Shown: positions 59,435 to 64,000 of the stretch, in pieces
Layout of the letters: each line of letters starts with the position of its first letter
Position numbering within the stretch: position 1 is the first letter of the stretch
From: Candidatus Binatia bacterium
GTDB taxonomy: Bacteria; Desulfobacterota; Binatia; UBA9968; JAJDTQ01
Assembly (NCBI GenBank): GCA_963666515.2
Contig: OY762897.2
Coordinates: 32,001-96,000, forward strand
DNA: 64,000 bases
Direction: 5' to 3'
The notes under the pieces: model-generated
Database searches by the model: none
What the model saw: the letters and a program-made list of their open reading frames with translations, nothing else
Told to the model about the DNA's origin: nothing
Translations under genes and position numbers: made by a program

Positions 59435-59671
59435 TCATGGGCGTGGAAATGATGAAAGGAGGTTATGAAGATATGTTGCCACCCTAACGAAGAGTCCGGT
59501 TGTCGTTGTTGCGGGGATTTTGGTCACAATTTCGCCCTCTACTTTCCCGAAGTGGATAGCGGACAAACGGGCTTGGGCGTCCTCAAAACCCTGTGCCATT
59601 ATTTCTAAGCACCACTTCTTCCCTTGGTAGTAGTAGGTGCACTCAAACAGTCTATAAGGAGACTGATCCAT
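59435..59671 (-). CDS. Small hypothetical protein (phage-like)
   Basis: MDQSPYRLFECTYYYQGKKWCLEIMAQGFEDAQARL...; plausible composition in an otherwise unoccupied low-GC region. Confidence 0.55.
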   Translation of the reverse strand: MDQSPYRLFECTYYYQGKKWCLEIMAQGFEDAQARLSAIHFGKVEGEIVTKIPATTTTGLFVRVATYLHNLLSSFPRP

Positions 59672-59837
59672 GTACTTCACCATTTATCGAGACTCAGCAG
59701 GAGAGTGGCGATGGAACCTCAAGGCGGGAAACCATGAAGTCATCGCTTCCGGAGAAGGCTATGTGAACAAGAGCGACTGCGAGCATGCCGTCGGTCTCGT
59801 CAAGTCCTCCTCCAATGCCCCCGTTCGCGAGGCATGA
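59670..59837 (+). CDS. YegP/DUF1508 family protein (55 aa)
   Basis: AAGGAG RBS, then MYFTIYRDSAGEWRWNLKAGNHEVIASGEGYVNKSDCEHAVGLVK. Below the ORF-track cutoff. Confidence 0.85.
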   Translation: MYFTIYRDSAGEWRWNLKAGNHEVIASGEGYVNKSDCEHAVGLVKSSSNAPVREA

Positions 59838-59844
59838 CCCGGAT

Positions 59845-59882
59845 CGGGCAGCAGGCACCATAGGCGGACCTGCTGCCCGTTC
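59845..59882. terminator. Hairpin/terminator after yegP-like gene
   Basis: CGGGCAGCAGG...CCTGCTGCCCG-TTC between convergent genes. Confidence 0.65.
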
Positions 59883-59905
59883 ACTTCCATTTCGAGAGAT
59901 GGGTC

Positions 59906-60925
59906 TCAGTAGTTGAACGTCTTCTTCAGCACCGGCTTGTTCGCCTCCGGGATATCCACCATCTGCGCCACCAGCGTCTGCAATTCTTTGCCGTGGAGCG
60001 GGTTGATCTGTATCCGTACCTTTGCGGCGTCCTTGAGGAACGCCGGGTCCGTCATCACCTTGGCGAAGGCCTGGCGCATGGTCTCCACGCGTTCCGGCGG
60101 CACTCCGGGAGGCATGGTCCAGGGGCGTCCCACGGAGAGCTGCTTGTTGTAGACCTCCAGGATGGCCTTCTTGTCGCCCTTGGCGAGGTCGGACGCCAGC
60201 GGAACGTCCTTGAGGCCGGGGTGCTTCTCGCGCCCGACCTGCACCAGGATGCGGATGGCCTTCTTCTCGAACCAGTCCTTCTTGAGCGCCCGCAGCGAGG
60301 CGTAGCCCCAGCCGCAGATGCCGTCCACCTCGCCCTTGTCCACGGCCAGGGCGGTGGCCATGATGCCGCGGTACCCGGAGGTCACCTTCATGTTGGCGCC
60401 CATCACGTTGTTGAGCATCAGCGGCACGATGAAGATGTCGGAGCGCGGCTGGGTGGCGGCCATCTTCACCGGCTCCTTGGCATTGACCAGGTCCTCGGCG
60501 GTCTTGTACTTGCTGTCGGACCGGACGAAGCAGGACGCGGTCTCCTGCACGGGCGTGCCGATCCAGTTGAACTTCACCGGATCGAACCGCGCCTGTTTCA
60601 CGCCCAGGGCCTGAGTGAGCGGCAGGGTGCGGTGAATCGCGCCCATGGTGAGGCCGTCCTTCTTGGCGATGTTGTAGAGCCAGTTGGCCGCCACCATGCC
60701 CGAGGCGCCGGGCATGTTCTTGACCACGATCCTGGGGTTTCCGGGAATGTGCTTCGACATGTGCCGCGCCGCGGTCCGCGGGTAGAGGTCATAGGACGTG
60801 CCCGCGTCCGCGGACACGACGATCACCACCTGCTTGCCCTTGTAAACCGATTCGTCGGCGAGCACGGCTTGCGCGAGACACCCGAGCACCATCGAAGCCA
60901 CGAGGAAGTTGCGAAGAAAAGCCAT
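59906..60925 (-). CDS. Bug/TctC substrate-binding protein
   Basis: YKGKQV.IVV, HIPGNP.IVVKNMPGASG and PPGVPPER. Confidence 0.9.
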   Translation of the reverse strand: MAFLRNFLVASMVLGCLAQAVLADESVYKGKQVVIVVSADAGTSYDLYPRTAARHMSKHIPGNPRIVVKNMPGASGMVAANWLYNIAKKDGLTMGAIHRTLPLTQALGVKQARFDPVKFNWIGTPVQETASCFVRSDSKYKTAEDLVNAKEPVKMAATQPRSDIFIVPLMLNNVMGANMKVTSGYRGIMATALAVDKGEVDGICGWGYASLRALKKDWFEKKAIRILVQVGREKHPGLKDVPLASDLAKGDKKAILEVYNKQLSVGRPWTMPPGVPPERVETMRQAFAKVMTDPAFLKDAAKVRIQINPLHGKELQTLVAQMVDIPEANKPVLKKTFNY

Positions 60926-61157
60926 CGTTGTTCTCCTTCTGTTGCGCCGTCTGTCGTGAAACCGTTCACAGTGACTTGTCGTCCACTTGTGCTCCGTTTG
61001 TCAAGCCGGCCATGGCGCGCCGGTGACGACACCAACCCGCGTCGGGCCGTCCGATTTTGTATGGCGGGACGAAGTGTGGCAATCTCGGCGGTGCCGTCCG
61101 TGCGGCGTTCGTCACCGCGGGAGCTGCCCGCGAATCAGGGCCAGGAGGAAAACGGCG

Positions 61158-62117
61158 GTGCTTATCCGGTACGTCGCCATGCGCCTCGTGCAGTTGGTCC
61201 CCATGGTGCTGGTCGTCACCATGGTGGTCTTCTTCGTCATGAGGATCATCCCGGGAGACCCGGTGCTCGTGATGCTGGGCGCGGTGGAGGGGGCGGCGAT
61301 CTCCCAGGACGTCTATGACGCCATGCGCCTGCGACTCGGTCTGGACCGGCCGCTGATCGTCCAGTATCTCGACTGGCTGTGGGACATGGTGCGGGGCGAC
61401 CTGGGCGACTCCATAACCTACCGGGTTCCGGCCCTGGACGTCATCCTTCTCCGCCTGGTGCCCACCGCGTACCTGATGGTGGGCGGCGTGGTCATGGCGG
61501 TGGCCATCGCCGTGCCCGGCGGCGTGCTGGCCGCCATCCACAACAACACCAAGTGGGACCACTTCGCCACCGGTTTCGTGATCCTCGGCATCACGGTGCC
61601 GACCTTCTGGCTGGCGCTGGTGGCCATCCTCGTCTTTGCCGTGTACCTGGGCTGGCTCCCCGCCATCGGCTATGCGCCTCCGCAGAAGGACGTCGTGGAG
61701 TTCCTCCGGCACCTGATCCTGCCCATGACCGTGGTCGCCCTGAACGTGGCCGCCACGGTGTTGCGCTTCCAGCGCCAGGACTTTCTCGAGCAGATGAACC
61801 TGGACTACGTGCGCACCGCCAGAGCCAAGGGTCTGGGCGAGAGGGTGGTGCTGTGGAAGCACGTCCTGCGCAATTCGCTGATGACGACGGTCACGGTGGT
61901 GGGTTTGCAGATGGCCTACCTGAGCGGTCTGGTGACCGTCGTCGAGAACGTCTTCAACTATCCCGGCATCGGTTTTCTGCTCTTGAACTCGATTCACACG
62001 CGGGACTTCGTGGTTGTACAGGGTGTGGTGCTGTTCATGGTTTTCCTGGCCATCGCGGTCAACCTGGTGGTGGACATTCTGTACGCCGTGCTGGATCCAC
62101 GGATCCGCTATCGGTAG
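61158..62117 (+). CDS. Peptide/nickel ABC permease (DppB/OppB-like)
   Basis: IPGDP, LGLDRP..VQY, DYVRTARAKGL and ENVFNYPGIG. GTG start after AGGAGG. Confidence 0.92.
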   Translation: MLIRYVAMRLVQLVPMVLVVTMVVFFVMRIIPGDPVLVMLGAVEGAAISQDVYDAMRLRLGLDRPLIVQYLDWLWDMVRGDLGDSITYRVPALDVILLRLVPTAYLMVGGVVMAVAIAVPGGVLAAIHNNTKWDHFATGFVILGITVPTFWLALVAILVFAVYLGWLPAIGYAPPQKDVVEFLRHLILPMTVVALNVAATVLRFQRQDFLEQMNLDYVRTARAKGLGERVVLWKHVLRNSLMTTVTVVGLQMAYLSGLVTVVENVFNYPGIGFLLLNSIHTRDFVVVQGVVLFMVFLAIAVNLVVDILYAVLDPRIRYR

Positions 62118-62123
62118 GAGCGT

Positions 62124-63053
62124 GTGGTGGAATCCCAAGCTGCATATCCTCCCGCATATCCGCCGTCCGCCCCCGGCCCGGGGTTGCGTTTGTGGCGCGC
62201 GTCCCGTCGCGCCGCTCGGGCCGCGCGCCACGACCCGCGGACGGCGGTGGGCGTCACGCTGCTCTTTCTGTACATTCTGATCGCCTTGGCAGGGCCGGCC
62301 TTCTCCCCCTACGATACCACCACCCCCAACATCAAGGTGCGCATGCAAGGCCCGAGCGCGGCGCACCCTTTCGGCACCGACCGCATCGGCAGGGATGTCG
62401 CGACCCGCATCATCGCGGGCTCGCGCGTGAGTCTGCAGGTGGCCACGGGCGCGGTCATCGTGGCGTTGCTGCTGGGCGCGCCTTTGGGCGCCCTGTCGAG
62501 CTACGTGGGCGGAACCTTCGACGCTCTGGTCCAGCGCGTGATGGAGGGCATCATGGCCTTCCCGTCGCTGGTGCTGGCGCTGGCTCTGGTGGCGCTGGCC
62601 GGGCCGAGCGTCCCCATGCTGTGGTTCGCCATCGCCTTCAGCTCCATCCCGCGCTACGCCCGCATCGTCCGAAGCGGCGTGCTTACGCACAAGGAACGGG
62701 AATACGTCGAGGCCGCACGGGCCATGGGACAGCGGCCCATGGGCGTCCTGACGAAACAGATCCTGCCCAATATCATGGCGCCCATCGCGGTGCAGATCAC
62801 CCTGGACTTCGCCCGCGCCATCGGCGTGGAGGCGGCTCTCAGCTACCTGGGCCTGGGGCTGTCGGTGCCTTACATCAGTTGGGGCCTGATGGTCCGGGAG
62901 GCCCAGGACTTTCTCGAGGTGGCGCCCTGGCTGGCGGTGTTCCCGGGAATAGCCCTGGCGGGTGTCATCCTGGCCTTCACCCTGGTGGGGGACAGCCTGC
63001 GGGACCGCATGGACCCGCGCACGCGCCTGCCCTTGAACCGGCGCGGACAGTAA
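62124..63053 (+). CDS. Peptide/nickel ABC permease (DppC/OppC-like)
   Basis: HPFGTDRIGRD, EYVEAARAMG, LSYLGLG and GDSLRDRMDP. Confidence 0.92.
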   Translation: MVESQAAYPPAYPPSAPGPGLRLWRASRRAARAARHDPRTAVGVTLLFLYILIALAGPAFSPYDTTTPNIKVRMQGPSAAHPFGTDRIGRDVATRIIAGSRVSLQVATGAVIVALLLGAPLGALSSYVGGTFDALVQRVMEGIMAFPSLVLALALVALAGPSVPMLWFAIAFSSIPRYARIVRSGVLTHKEREYVEAARAMGQRPMGVLTKQILPNIMAPIAVQITLDFARAIGVEAALSYLGLGLSVPYISWGLMVREAQDFLEVAPWLAVFPGIALAGVILAFTLVGDSLRDRMDPRTRLPLNRRGQ

Positions 63054-63169
63054 CGGCCTGGAGGGCCTTCCGGCTCCGCAGCGCAAGTTGACACCCGCTG
63101 CCCTGCGGTGCGAATATGCGCAAGCATGATTGCAGATCGTAAGATCGTAGTATGCGAGCCGCCACCACT

Positions 63170-63198
63170 GCAGGAGCAGGGTTCAAACCCGCCCGTGC
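63170..63198. repeat. Degenerate REP-like palindrome
   Basis: GCAGGAGCAGGGTTCAAACCCGCCCGTGC resembles GTAGGGGCGGGTTTCAAACCCGCCC-type REPs. Confidence 0.45.
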
Positions 63199-63229
63199 GC
63201 GGCACTCACCCAAGGAAGGAGCCGTCACC

Positions 63230-64000
63230 ATGAAGGTCGATACCCGGAAAGGCATTGTGCGCGTAACATTGGTCGGCGCGGCGCTGGTGTTGTCATTGGT
63301 TGTCGCTTCCCCTCACGGCGGCGGTCCGCTGGCGTTGAGCGCCACGGCCGAGGCCGCGGACAAGCCCAGCATCGGGGGAACGCTGAGACTCGGCAACGCC
63401 AAGGGCATCGGCACGCCCATTCCCTTCGTGGCCTTCACCTCCATCCCCGAGTACATCAAGAACAACATGTACGAGCCCCTGGTCATGTACGACCAGAAGG
63501 GCGACATCCACCCGTGGCTGGCGGAAAGCTGGTCGCCCAACGCTGATTCCAGCGAGTGGACGTTCAATATCCGCAAGGGGGTCAAGTTCCATAACGGCAA
63601 GGAGCTGACCGCCGAGGACGTGGTCTGGTCCGTAAACCACATCAGGGACCCGGCCAACGGCGCAGCGGGCCAGGGACAGTTGGCCGACAACGTGGCCTCG
63701 GCCACGGCCGTGGACAAGCACACCGTGCTGTTCAAGGCGCCCGGCCCGCGCGGCCTGCTGCCCGAGGTGCTTGCCAACACGTCGACCCTTCACATCGCTC
63801 CTGCGGGGTCGCTGGCGAAAGGCCAGCAGAAGATGAAGGGCGGCGCGCCGCCGGCGGGCACGGGACCTTTCAAGTTCAAGTCCTGGACCCCCGGGCAGGA
63901 ACTGCACGTGGTCCGTCACGACGACTACTGGGGCGGCGCTCCCTACCTGGACGGCGTGCGCTTCATCGTGATCCGGCAAAAGGCGGCCCGGGCCGCCGCG
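63230..64000 (+). CDS. Family 5 ABC substrate-binding protein (DppA-like), runs off the window
   Basis: AAGGAG RBS and signal peptide, then YEPLV...PWLAESW...WTFNIRKGVKFHNGKELTAEDV and GTGPFKF. Not in the ORF track. Confidence 0.9.
   Translation, partial: MKVDTRKGIVRVTLVGAALVLSLVVASPHGGGPLALSATAEAADKPSIGGTLRLGNAKGIGTPIPFVAFTSIPEYIKNNMYEPLVMYDQKGDIHPWLAESWSPNADSSEWTFNIRKGVKFHNGKELTAEDVVWSVNHIRDPANGAAGQGQLADNVASATAVDKHTVLFKAPGPRGLLPEVLANTSTLHIAPAGSLAKGQQKMKGGAPPAGTGPFKFKSWTPGQELHVVRHDDYWGGAPYLDGVRFIVIRQKAARAAA

Noticed and set aside
57877-59837. Intact prophage or ICE
   Set aside because: No integrase, replication, structural or conjugation genes; only about 2 kb of accessory DNA.

Overview
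A GC-rich bacterial chromosomal window. The gene content (three Bug/TctC binding proteins, three amidohydrolases, an LLM oxidoreductase, rnr with DUF4911, an NtrC-type regulator) suggests a Binatia/deltaproteobacterial-like organism, but that is inference only. The backbone carries a two-kinase, ten-PAS sigma-54 signalling locus, aromatic/organic-acid catabolic genes including a phenylacetate-type lower pathway (paaF-paaG-split paaH-paaJ), tandem GMC oxidoreductases, transporters, rnr, nfo, tRNA-Val(CAC) and GTAG-type REP doublets. Four lower-GC accessory islets are interspersed: TA/protease (12.3-14.6 kb), SNF2 helicase + sacsin-like GHKL ATPase + MazF (21.5-28.2 kb), HicAB after the tRNA, and DUF4160/2442 + ImmA/Xre + a 2-TM protein + YegP (57.3-59.9 kb). 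The top leads are: (1) the helicase-ATPase-MazF cassette, a candidate defence system in which the ATPase appears to end in an antitoxin-like tail; (2) an AhpD/CMD-like CxxU selenoprotein with an in-frame TGA and SECIS-like hairpin that the ORF track missed; (3) an ImmA/Xre switch facing an RBS-sequestered membrane-protein gene. Family assignments come from motif recognition by eye; no searches were run.
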